A stretch of DNA of 64,000 bases from Ostrea edulis (Eukaryota): assembly GCF_947568905.1 (NCBI RefSeq), contig NC_079169.1:53940001-54004000 (forward strand). The letters run 5' to 3'. A model generated the notes under the pieces. That model saw only the letters and a program-made list of their open reading frames with translations. It was not told where the DNA came from and searched no databases. Each line of letters opens with the position of its first letter. The first letter of the stretch is position 1. This document shows, piece after piece, positions 28,501 through 37,760 of the stretch. The translations under genes were made by a program, and so were the position numbers.

Positions 28501-31500
28501 GTATCCACAAACTACCTTTCAAAATAAATAAAAAAGAAAATAATGTGTAGCACATGTTTCAGGACCTTAATAAAAAAAAGTTCTTTGCTCCATAGCATAA
28601 ACCTTTAACCCCTTATCAGCACCAATTATGTCCCTTTTGATACCTTATAATGTATAAACTTATATATCATTGACTTTATCCAAAACAATTACTTATGGCT
28701 TTGACCTCTGGTATTTTTTACCTTTTACCTTTAATATGAGTTTGACTTCGAAGTCATGTATAATATCAATGCTTATACAATTTTTAAATACAAATTCAAC
28801 ATTTTTTACCTTAACCTTGAAGTCAAACTTCAATGTTATATTTCCTCTCTAAAACATCAAATAAGAAGGTGTAAAGATCTGCTAGCTGTCATTGTTCAGA
28901 AGCAATATCAAAATTAATAATTAGGGTTATTAAGTAAATAATGATTGTCTCCCTCCAATCAGATATTTAATTCAATTTTTTTTTTGGTACTCTGGGGAAA
29001 AGGGAGAGGACTTCAAAAATTAAAAATTACGAGAATTGCAAAAATCTATGGGAATTTCTTATTATCTCATATTTGATATCAGTTGACATTGAAAAATTAG
29101 GAAGATTTTCACAAACATTTTTTACAAGGGAAAATATCTACTAATTTCTTCAAGTCTTTAGATGGAAAAAAGTGGGGCTTTTTTAATCAGACTCCTCATA
29201 AGCATCATGACCCCAAGTGTTATGCTTATTTTGAGGTATTAGTTAATACAATGAATGCGAGATTCCCTCCCTTACATTAGATGTCTCCATACACTGTGTA
29301 GTCAGGCACAAGTTCGGTTTCTTACGTCTCGGTGTAGTAACTTACGTCTCGGTGTAGTAACTTATGTCTCGATGTAGTAACTTATGTCTCAGAGAAGTAA
29401 CTTATGTCTCAGAGAAGTAACTTACGTCTCGGAGTAGTAACTTATGTCTCGGTGTAGTAACTTATGTCTCGATGTAGTAACTTATGTCTCGGAAAAGTAA
29501 CTTACATCTCGGTGTAGTAACTTACGTCTCGGTGTAGTAACTTACGTCTCGGAGTAATAACTTACGTCTTGGTGTAGTAACTGTCTTGACCTGTCTTCCC
29601 ATCGGAATCTGACAAACAAACGCCTTTTGTCTTACACAGTTTGTTGTGCGTCTCCAGGAACCATTTGCATCAGCTACACAGAAATTAAATCATAACTTGT
29701 TATCATAACAGGCATTTGTTAATAACAATCCAAATTTGAAACATGTTAAATTCTCTTTTCAAATTGGGTAAATGTAAACTTTTAAGTATTGTTATAGATG
29801 ATGAAATGTCCAATATAATTACCAGTGTTATAAGATGTAGACACGCCCTATATAACTACCTGTGTTATAAGATAGAGACACGCCCTATATAACTACCTGT
29901 GTTATAAGATGTAGACACGTCCTATATAACTATCTGTGTTATAAGATAGAGACATGTCATATAACTACCAGTGTTATAAGATGTAGACACGCCCTATATA
30001 ACTACCTGTGTTATAAGATAGAGACACGTCCTATATAACTACCTGTGTTATAAGATAGAGACATGTCCTATATAACTATCTGTGTTATAAGATAGAGACA
30101 TGTCCTATATAACTACCTGTGTTATAAGATGTAGACACCCCCTATATAACTACCTGTGTTATAAGATGTAGACACGCCCTATATAACTACAGTGTTATAA
30201 GATAGAGACACGTCCTATATAACTATCTGTGTTATAAGATGTAGACATGTCCTATATAACTACCTGTGTTATAAGATGTAGACACACCCTATATAACTAC
30301 CTGTGTTATAAGATAGAGACACGCCCTATATAACTACCTGTGTTATAAGATGTAGACACACCCTATATAACTACAGTGTTATAAGATAGAGACACGTCCT
30401 ATATAACTACCTGTGTTATAAGATGTAGACACGTCCTATATAACTACCTGTGTTATAAGATGTAGACACACCCTATATAACTACCAGTGTTATAAGATGT
30501 AGACACACCCTATATAACTACCAGTGTTATAAGATGTAGACACGTCCTATATAACTACCTGTGTTATAAGATGTAGACACGCCCTATATAACTACCTGTG
30601 TTATAAGATGTAGACACGTCCTATATAACTACCTGTGTTATAAGATGTAGACACGCCCTATATAACTACCTGTGTTATAAGATGTAGACACACCCTATAT
30701 AACTACCAGTGTTATAAGATGTAGACACGTCCTATATAACTACCTGTGTTATAAGATGTAGACACAACCTATATAACTACCTGTGTTATAAGATAGAGAC
30801 ACGTCCTATATAACTACCTGTGTTATAAGATAGAGACATGTCCTATATAACTACCTGTGTTATAAGATAGAGACATGTCCTATATAACTACCTGTGTTAT
30901 AAGATGTACACACGCCCTATATAACTACCTGTGTTATAAGATGTAGACATGCCCTATATAACTACCTGTGTTATAAGATGTAGACATGCCCTATATAACT
31001 ACCTGTGTTATAAGATGTAGACACGTCCTATATAACTACCAGTGTTATAAGATGTAGTCACACCCTATATAACTACCTGTGTTATAAGATGTAGACACGC
31101 CCTATATAACTACCTGTGTTATAAGATGTAGACACACCCTATATAACTACCTGTGTTATAAGATGTAGACACGCCCTATATAACTACCTGTGTTATAAGA
31201 TGTAGACACACCCTATATAACTACAGTGTTATAAAATGTAGACATGCCCTATATAACTACCTGTGTTATAAGATGTAGACACACCCTATATAACTACAGA
31301 CATGCCCTATATAACTACCTGTGTTATAAGATGTAGACACACCCTATATAACTACCTGTGTTATAAGAGAGAGACACGCCCTATATAACTACCTGTGTTA
31401 TAAGATAGAGACATGTCCTATATAACTACCTGTGTTATAAGATGTAGACACGCCCTATATAACTACCTGTGTTATAAGATGTAGACACACCCTATATAAC

Positions 31501-34500
31501 TACCTGTGTTATAAGATGTAGACACGCCCTATATAACTACCTGTGTTATAAGATGTAGACACACCCTATATAACTACCTGTGTTATAAGATGTAGACACG
31601 TCCTATATAACTACCTGTGTTATAAGATAAAGACATGCCCTATATAACTACCAGTGTTATAAGATGTAGACATGCCCTATATAACTAGACACGCCCTATA
31701 TAACTATCAGTGTTATAAGATGTAGACACGTCCTACATTACCTGTGTTGATGTACCCACAGTCCGGGTGGTTAGGAGTGTTGGATTGGGCATGGTTACCC
31801 ACCCAGTGTTGATAGTGCTGGGTATTCCCTCCATTGGTCCATATCCATGGCCCTCCTGTCTTGTTATTATCTGGTAAGAAATTAAATCTGGTTTACTACT
31901 GTAAAATTGCTAATCTACTGAGGCACTTTCTACTAATCAAACAATCTAAATACTAAACAGATCGAAAACTTTAAGACGAAATCATCATTATATACACAAA
32001 TATACTTACATGTCATCATTTCTAAAGCCCTGAAATTTTTACCTAACAAGTCATTCTACCACTTTGTGCTTATTGCTTACATGAACTCATCTCAAGAAGA
32101 GGCAAAATTAAATCTAAAAAGATGAGCTTGTGAAACAATGATGTCCTCATATGGTAGCAGGGTAACTCGGGGACCACAAGAAAGGTCGTCTCACAAAGAA
32201 TACATAGTGAAATATGAAAGCCCTATCACTAACCATTCAAAAGTCAGGTTTAAAGTTTTTCAAAAGTAAGTCAAACTCCAAGATGAAGGTCATGAGGTTA
32301 AGAATTTTGGTACCAAAAGAATTTGAGGTCTTGTCACAAAAAATACACATGTGAAATATGAAAGCCCTAGCACTAAGTGTTCAAATGTTATGGCCAAGAT
32401 TAACATTTTTGTGGACAAACGGACAGACACATGGACAGACCAAAAACTATATGCCCTAGAATCTCCGGGTATGGAGGCATAAAAAGCTAAATTATGCATA
32501 AAATTGGTCCCATCCAATTGTGAAAAATTAAAGAAACAGCATCTTTCAAATATAATGTCAAAATTATTTATCTATGACCTGACAATTTTTAGTATGACTA
32601 GAACCTACTATATCCAACTGAAATTCTTTGTCATTACAGATTTTTCTGTTTGGTAACACCACTTGACTAACAATATGAAAGTGTATACCCACTAGGCAAT
32701 GAGAACGGATTCTATAAAAGATAAGTTAGGGGCAGATCACTCTTCTGTATTACTCGTGTGCATGGTACATAACAAACACATTTATAACAAATGCATGCTT
32801 ATTGTGGAGTGATATTTATTTCCCTACGAAGGAAAATAAACAAGAATTTTTTTCTCTCGATATAACAAAGTTTGGCTATAATGAACTGTTTTTCAACGGC
32901 CCTGGAGATTCGATATAACTGTGTTTTACTGTATCGGGATTCCATAATTTGGGACATTTGGGATTTAAAACCACTTTGACGTACATGTAACAATATTTCA
33001 TTTAAATTTGTTCTCTTGAAAACAATTGATTTAAACCTAGTGACAATGTCATGTCACAGCTATGCATTTATATATACAGTAAAATATCTCTATCTTGAAG
33101 TCCGAGGGACCTCGAAAAAAAATTCGAGATATCCGGGGGTTCGAGATATCCAAAATCGATCTTGGATATTTTTTGAAGGAGGATATTTTATGCATAGTAT
33201 GGGATTTGCATTATAAACAACAACCCTGTTGCATGTTTCTTATAGTTTAATATAAGTTGATGAATTAATATTGTGGAATTTCAATGACAAACATTTCGTT
33301 TTATATATATTAACATCCAATTGAATTCACAATGTGTTTCAAAATTAAGATGATCGTGCCTGTATGCTTACTTTAAGTTTACTGATGCCCAGGCTCGACT
33401 GGCATGTAGTTATTGCGTTGTAATGAAAGAAACTATCATGTAAGAAACAAAAAAGACGGATTTAAAAAAAAACAACTTTTAAATGTTCATTAAATAAATT
33501 TTCGTGTTTTCTCTGTACTAGTTTTAATGATGAAGCGTGTATTATTAAATGAATTATCGTTAATAAGAGCATTACCTTCAAGCGTACTTCGACGATTTTG
33601 TGCATTTATCTAACCCACATGTTAATGATATAGCGTGTGTCATTCAAAACACCATCCTTGGAATCGGGTGTGTTAGTTCATAATTGGCGGTGAACTTACG
33701 CCGTAATGTTGGAAGGCTTCACTAATCACCCAAGCTGTTGAACCATTTATGGCGAAATGGGTCTACTCGGAAAAAGCGAGTTTGGATTAGCGGTCATTAA
33801 TTATAATTGATGTAGTCGCGGGTGTGAATGTGTGACTTAACGACGCCAGGTATGGTAAGCAGAGCGGAACATTGACTGCACTTCACGATAAACCAGGTGA
33901 ATTTGGGGTATGGGACCTTGAAAATACTTCGACATAAGCGGAGTATTTGGGATTACAGTGTTCGAAATATCAGAAGTTTTTAAAATCATTTATATAGGGA
34001 AAACGGGCGGGACCGGCGGTCGACTTCGACTCAAGCGGGGTATTCAAGATAAACCATATTCGAGATACAGATATTTTACTGTACATGTATCTATTTCCTT
34101 AATATGTAAAACTAAGGGATTTTGTCACAACTCCCCTTTTGATTCCCCATTTTCAGATAGAAACCACCAAGCAAAAGGTTACGCACCAGTGAGCCCAATC
34201 CAGAAGGAGTCTATCCCCGCCTCTTGAAGTTCGTCCAGGTAGGAGTTGATAAAGGTGGTGAATGTTCGTCTGATCGTCACCAAATATAAAACAAACAGTT
34301 TCATTACACATCATTTCTAGAATAGACAGTGACAGGAATCATTTAAATTTGTGAGTGCCAATTTTCATGGATTGTGGAGATTTTATTTTTTGGTTGGGAT
34401 GTAATGTTGTGGATATGATTTCTGTACATTGAGACATTGTGTAATTGTGTAGTTCAGTGTGGTTTGAAAGTGGGAAACGGGTACCCACGAAAATTGATTC

Positions 34501-36232
34501 CCCACGAAAATTAATTATTCAACAATATGTGTATCCAATGTATGATTGCAGTCTGCGATAATCTGATGACATAACTCTTGATAAGAATGATACTATAATA
34601 CATATTTTATACCATTATATTAAAGTTTAGGAATACGATAAGCAAAAGAACACTGTCCGGATTATCTTACGAATAGAAGGAGACTAAGTTCCCTCCAGAG
34701 GCTTTACAGAAAGTGTTTGCCTGGAACCAGTTGTACTTAAACCGGATGTTGAATAAAAAGCAGAGTTTCTGGTGGGGCACCCATCCCGGCATACATACAC
34801 CTGAAATAAACATAATATTAATACTGAATTACAAAAATTAGTCGCCCCCCCCCCCCCCCCCCCCCCCCATGATACATACACCTGAAATAACATAAACACC
34901 AAACTACAAAAACCAGCCCATGGTGTCTTGCCACATACCTTCCGGTCTCTTGCAGACAAACCCCTTCCTGACATGGCAGTTGTCTGTGGACCAGGCTTTG
35001 TGGTAGTCAGGTTGATTGTTGTTTACCCATACACACGTGTTGTTCAGCGCATTGCTGAGGAATAAGAATAAAGACAACACTCAGATATGGTCCATAAAAT
35101 AATATATCATATTGTATTAAAGTGGCTTCCATATGTGTTTCTGATTGTTCTCATTAATTTAAACTTTTCCTAAAACTGTTTATTATTAAGTATTATTTGT
35201 ATTGCAGGTATTTCCATAACTTCAAACAATGAGATGGTCATTAATTCCAAATACTCCCCATTACAACTTTTTAAGTAACATATTCCTACACAGTGCAGTC
35301 TGGGTCCTACACTTCTCTATGTACATTTGATGAGTCTACACAGTCCTTACTGCCTTATCAAACTCTGTGATGGGCTGCATGGTCAGCCTATTCACTTCTT
35401 CAGTAACAGTCAAATGACCTACTTCCTTATCAAAAACTGTGATGGGCCGGTCGACTACTCACCTCTTAGGTATACTGATCAAATAACCTACTTCCTTATC
35501 AAAAACTGTGATGGACCGGTCATCTACTTACCTCTTCAGTACTCGTCAAGTGACCTACTTCCTTATCAAACACTGTGATGGACAGGTCAGTTTAATCACC
35601 TCTTCAGTACAGGTCAAACGGCCTACCTCCTAATCAAACAATGATGGACGATCAGTCTACTCACGTCCTTAGTGATGGTGGGTGGCCATTAGCCCAGTAC
35701 TGCAGACTAGGATTTGTTGTCAACATTGTCGCATCAACCACTGCCATGTGTTCCTATTAGTTGTGCCCTGTAAATCATAATACGAAATGAATTACTAAGT
35801 GATAACAATATACTGTATAGCGGTTTTTTCCCATGGGGTGATAAATTTGGCTTATTTTAATGGATAGATAGTTTTCTGTCAAAATTTTGCTTGCCACATA
35901 TGCATCCCATTGCGACTTGAGTATTTGCAAGAGAGATAACTCTTCCTTGTACGCCAAAATTTATTCCACTATAATTATTAGCATACCTCTGAGCCAGCAA
36001 ATTGTCAAATTTTAGACCTGCAGAAAAGCCCGCTATATAGTAACTAAACATTAATGTCCTAAGAAGTAAAAAAAAAAACCCAGAAAAGTTGTGTGTACAG
36101 CAGACCGTTTGCACACTGTGCAGTGATGTCCACATTGCACGTTTTGTGTTGACGGCAAAGTCGTGAATAGCCATTTGGTCTTGGTCACTGTCTATCTCCA
36201 CTAATGACCCTCCAGCTCTCGAACACACTTGT
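1418..36232 (-). CDS. Multi-C-type-lectin-domain receptor (macrophage mannose receptor 1-like), 30 exons, >=9 CTLDs; partial at both ends
   Basis: 30 GT-AG exons join with matching phases into tandem CTLDs (CxxxW..CY, WIGL, WxWxDG, EPN, WND, FxC motifs). One 1-nt frameshift in exon 35665-35767. No transmembrane segment or terminal exon found in the window; orthology to vertebrate MRC1 not established. Confidence 0.93.
1925..2945. repeat. Two tandem ~570/450-bp units, each beginning with a ~120-bp palindrome
   Basis: Hairpins 1933-2052 and ~2505-2614 centred on gagcttgcga. Confidence 0.85.
3206..3384 (-). CDS. CTLD receptor exon (CTLD9)
   Basis: FLTSMLYDQDPHLTLWIGLNDQRQSRSFYWADNSPLTYVNWYKGEPNNRPDGSTFQRNS. 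Confidence 0.93.
4790..5425. repeat. 41-bp minisatellite, ~15 copies
   Basis: gtttactgcagtaaagatctactaggctagagagagtaca(a/t). Confidence 0.95.
5545..5661 (-). CDS. CTLD receptor exon (CTLD9)
   Basis: NRCYYIVNNQVNWTAAVSACQSSYPGATIATISNMHEQ. Confidence 0.92.
6146..6289 (-). CDS. CTLD receptor exon (CTLD8 end + linker)
   Basis: WNDDNCNMLKNFICKRPVTGSTKPLMPASTPILAAGCPNSNFKPVPN. Confidence 0.92.
6420..7940. repeat. 46-bp satellite, ~30 copies
   Basis: cacttacagtaaaacatggttacaatgaacattcttataatcaatt. Confidence 0.95.
8889..8995 (-). CDS. CTLD receptor exon (CTLD8)
   Basis: WTDGSLLDFVTWSPKEPNDYGGGENCVTMPYWTGG. Confidence 0.92.
9080..9305. repeat. 24-bp splice-donor-containing minisatellite
   Basis: cacttacacatatttctgttacat abuts exon end 9305. 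Confidence 0.9.
9305..9375 (-). CDS. CTLD receptor exon (CTLD8)
   Basis: YTKNKRMIDYWIGLNDIEYNSKF. Confidence 0.9.
9668..9915 (-). mobile_element. SINE-like interspersed repeat (family of 45415-45686)
   Basis: Shared tcccgtggggatcc...gcttgtcgtaagaggcgactaaatgggg core and (gatt)n tail. Confidence 0.75.
11213..11379 (-). CDS. CTLD receptor exon (CTLD8)
   Basis: SACGAGWVIYNQNCYYFGNGSKLLSWFDARTTCNQMGAELASVHSQDEDNMLVGQ. Confidence 0.93.
12160..12372 (-). CDS. CTLD receptor exon (CTLD7 end)
   Basis: HKWTDGTPTDYTNWNRGEPNNFADTEDCVTMNLGSGGWNDINCYFSKPFVCKIPKG... Confidence 0.94.
12502..12554 (-). CDS. CTLD receptor exon (CTLD7)
   Basis: SSSVSVWIGLNDKDVER. Confidence 0.88.
14151..14281 (-). CDS. CTLD receptor exon (CTLD7)
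   Basis: AVGLTDQTKWLSFDAARDYCRAYGGDLTSIHTVAENNFVATLT. Confidence 0.92.
14505..15010. repeat. 51-bp exon-end/donor minisatellite
   Basis: Minus-strand unit ...AGCTACCAATCATATTGTTACCAG|GTAAATGTCCCTCCCAC. Confidence 0.95.
14970..15166 (-). CDS. CTLD receptor exon (CTLD6 end + CTLD7 start)
   Basis: NEIATCVSLTHTHPKGLWQNLNCTEKHHFICQMPRQGYTPPVITQPPSTLPCPSGYTSYQSYCYQ. Confidence 0.92.
15480..15625 (-). CDS. CTLD receptor exon (CTLD6)
   Basis: FTEAFLSAYMSYQTDNYWIGLSDTQTQGTYTWISGVPVTYTNWVAAHT. Confidence 0.93.
16529..16647 (-). CDS. CTLD receptor exon (CTLD6)
   Basis: PSVGYGSYCFRFIYQSKTWQDGQKTCSSAFHGTLAAIND. Confidence 0.92.
17197..17310 (-). CDS. CTLD receptor exon (CTLD5 end + linker)
   Basis: NGQWNDAVCQNPADGFICKKPMTLMSATPQPHTVGCTW. 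Confidence 0.92.
17810..18045. repeat. 32-bp donor-containing minisatellite
   Basis: actaaccgttctgattagttttaatcacgtgt abuts exon end 18041. Confidence 0.9.
18041..18195 (-). CDS. CTLD receptor exon (CTLD5)
   Basis: GYGYWIGLNDQINQNTFLWSDGSPVVYTNWAAKEPNNYGRGTEDCVLMLRT. Confidence 0.93.
18478..18705 (-). CDS. CTLD receptor exon (linker + CTLD5)
   Basis: NARTTTTPVPPVVTKAGYVMGCQTPYKPFQGNCYKMWQIRQNWAAAKSFC...EEQNFIVTLIPK. Confidence 0.93.
18963..19076 (-). CDS. CTLD receptor exon (CTLD4 end)
   Basis: EPNDYRHREDCAAIFTTTSNWNDYPCSNRNGFICKKQ. Confidence 0.92.
19550..21510 (+). mobile_element. Helentron/HINE-like non-autonomous element with internal 128-bp tandem array
   Basis: aacaagaggcccaagggcc start, ~10 diverging 128-bp units (aaaagtaggtcaaggtgacctacttttt), terminal hairpin agctcttt gagcctttggctc agaagagct + aaaa. 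Related fragments at 430-710, 3700-4330, 8300-8780, 21520-22080, 23470-23740, 32130-32490, 63100-63500. Confidence 0.65.
22661..22777 (-). CDS. CTLD receptor exon (CTLD4)
   Basis: KIHNMNSVALWIGINDRAGEGRFSWTDNSPVAYLHWGN. Confidence 0.92.
23270..23440 (-). CDS. CTLD receptor exon (CTLD4)
   Basis: PISVRCGLNWEEDPNSNNCYQFFDKQLDWMDAREICQNNGGDLASIESREEQFYVS. Confidence 0.92.
23860..23901 (-). CDS. CTLD receptor linker mini-exon
   Basis: 42 nt, phase 1-1, NAQLPVTVSTTPA; tttcag acceptor, GTATGT donor. Confidence 0.8.
24320..24770. repeat. 23-bp minisatellite with higher-order variant
   Basis: caacatctaatccatccaaaagt. Confidence 0.95.
24890..25220. repeat. 42-bp exon-end/donor minisatellite
   Basis: Minus-strand CCAGCCA|GTAAGTCTGAAATACTAAAACTCCACTTATTCAGA. 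Confidence 0.95.
25213..25360 (-). CDS. CTLD receptor exon (CTLD3 end)
   Basis: GSKYFNWAPHEPNNLLTENCVEMNFQNHQGKWNDRICSTAVRFICQKPA. Confidence 0.93.
25926..26008 (-). CDS. CTLD receptor exon (CTLD3)
   Basis: QSHGKEYWIGLNDRTRESSWQWLDGNQ. Confidence 0.92.
26100..26640. repeat. 30-bp exon-end/donor minisatellite
   Basis: Minus-strand ATGTCATTTGTACTCA|GTAAAT. Confidence 0.95.
26626..26784 (-). CDS. CTLD receptor exon (CTLD3)
   Basis: QFKCDGHWILYRGNCYQFNDTRLPWLKARIACQDATADLVTINSAADMSFVL. Confidence 0.92.
27370..27650. repeat. 31-bp minisatellite derived from a PLE terminal segment
   Basis: accaaccatgagccctacatctagatcaggt x~9. Confidence 0.9.
29321..29580. repeat. 20-bp exon-end/donor minisatellite, ~13 copies
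   Basis: Minus-strand TTACTACACCGAGAC|GTAAG. Confidence 0.95.
29566..29673 (-). CDS. CTLD receptor exon (CTLD2 end)
   Basis: DANGSWRRTTNCVRQKAFVCQIPMGRQVKTVTTPR. Confidence 0.9.
29820..31742. repeat. 37-bp exon-end/donor satellite, ~50 copies
   Basis: ctacctgtgttataagatgtagacacgccctatataa; minus-strand TACATC..AACACAG|GTA. Confidence 0.95.
31742..31870 (-). CDS. CTLD receptor exon (CTLD2)
   Basis: NNKTGGPWIWTNGGNTQHYQHWVGNHAQSNTPNHPDCGYINT. Confidence 0.9.
33077..34081. mobile_element. Non-autonomous Tc1/mariner-type DNA transposon (MITE), ~1 kb
   Basis: TIRs cagtaaaatatctctatcttgaa / ttcgagatacagatattttactg, TA on both flanks. Confidence 0.85.
34187..34269 (-). CDS. CTLD receptor exon (CTLD2)
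   Basis: RTFTTFINSYLDELQEAGIDSFWIGLT. Confidence 0.9.
34671..34800 (-). CDS. CTLD receptor exon (CTLD2)
   Basis: VCMPGWVPHQKLCFLFNIRFKYNWFQANTFCKASGGNLVSFY. Confidence 0.9.
34939..35054 (-). CDS. CTLD receptor exon (CTLD1 end)
   Basis: NALNNTCVWVNNNQPDYHKAWSTDNCHVRKGFVCKRPE. Confidence 0.88.
35665..35767 (-). CDS. CTLD receptor exon (CTLD1), apparent 1-nt deletion
   Basis: GTTNRNTWQW then, in another frame, VDATMLTTNPSLQYWANGHPPSLR; 103 nt where flanking phases need 104. Confidence 0.75.
36106..36232 (-). CDS. CTLD receptor exon (CTLD1)
   Basis: QVCSRAGGSLVEIDSDQDQMAIHDFAVNTKRAMWTSLHSVQT; tttgtag acceptor, GTCTG donor. Confidence 0.8.
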
Positions 36233-36574
36233 CTACAAAGAAGACCCAAGACAATGTACTAATTAAGTGTACAAGACAATGTACTAATTAAGTGTACAAG
36301 ACAATGTACTAATCAATTGTACAAGACACTGTAATATTAAGTGAACAAAATCATTTCCATTCCAGTCTTTTTTCCTGATGTATTTTGAATATTATCTTGA
36401 TCTTGGTAACATAGAAATCTATGCTTGCACTAAACACAAAGTAAACAATATCTGAATTCAATATTCATCCCAGTAGGTTGCCATTGCATATCAGAACTAT
36501 TGACATCACTAAGATAGGATAATTTTATAACATAGATGTGATTGTTCACAGTAAATTAATACGCACACTACACT

Positions 36575-36774
36575 NNNNNNNNNNNNNNNNNNNNNNNNNN
36601 NNNNNNNNNNNNNNNNNNNNNNNNNNNNNNNNNNNNNNNNNNNNNNNNNNNNNNNNNNNNNNNNNNNNNNNNNNNNNNNNNNNNNNNNNNNNNNNNNNNN
36701 NNNNNNNNNNNNNNNNNNNNNNNNNNNNNNNNNNNNNNNNNNNNNNNNNNNNNNNNNNNNNNNNNNNNNNNNNN
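36575..36774. other. Assembly gap (200 N)
   Basis: N run. Confidence 1.
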
Positions 36775-37242
36775 GGAATCATTGTCATCCTGTCAGTAAT
36801 TCCTGTTCGTAACCTCCCGATGTGCATTGACCTTGGAGGTCACCAGTTCGGAAAAAGCGAAAGAGAGGCAATGAGCACGTGTTAGATTTGTAAACAGTTT
36901 AACATGCCAATTTTATCGAAAATTGACAATCAAAATTTCATTTGAGTGGCACATTTGTGTAATTATTACCTTTTTACACTTACATAATATTTCTAGTCAT
37001 TCATGAAACAACTAATATTTTAAAACAAACGACACGTGTAGTTACTAGCGTCAGTTTCCGTCTTTGTATATGGCCTCGGTCTCAGCAACCCGATTATGTT
37101 TGGCAATCATCATTCCAATATCCATGTCTATGACACAATGGCGGTTTATACGAAACGCTCATTGTAGGTGTGCTCTCAAACAATATTCCCTTGTTTATTT
37201 TTGCTGATTTTTTCTTCAGATCTTGGGGATTATATTAGTTAT

Positions 37243-37760
37243 GCCGGTAGGTGTTATTTGGTGAATAATTGGATAGTTGAAAAAAACACCGTCAGTTACA
37301 GCTTGTATTGCTTTAAGGTCACACTCAAAGAAAAGCAGCATTCCTTTCACAGTGTAGAGAAGAAGTAAGGCGGAGTCAACCGGGCAGCTCCTGAATCTGA
37401 ATCTGGTTATGTCAAGGATATATTTTAAAAGTAATGAAGCTGTATCTGTTAAGGAGACATGAAGTTGGCTATGTCAGGGGATATAGGTGTTATATTATAG
37501 ACGCCGGTAGGTGTTATTTGGTGAATAATTGGATAGTTGAAAAAACACCGTCAGTTACAGCTTGTATTGCTTTAAGGTCACACTCAAAGAAAAGCAGCAT
37601 TCCTTTCACAGTGTAGAGAGGAAGTAAGGCGGAGTCAACCGGGCAGCTCCTGAATCTGAATCTGGTTATGTCAAGGATATATTTTAAAAGTAATGAAGCT
37701 GTATCTGTCAAGGAGACATGAAGTTGGCTATGTCAGGGGATATAAGTGTTATATTATAGA
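37243..37760. repeat. Near-identical 260-bp tandem duplication
   Basis: gccggtaggtgttatttggtgaataattgg at 37243 and 37503. Confidence 0.9.

Noticed and set aside
29820-31742. Possible CRISPR-like arrays among the minisatellites
   Set aside because: Units are contiguous with no unique spacers, no cas genes, and the DNA is eukaryotic.
36538-36885. ORFs spanning N runs (also 60075-60306)
   Set aside because: Artefacts of translating assembly gaps.
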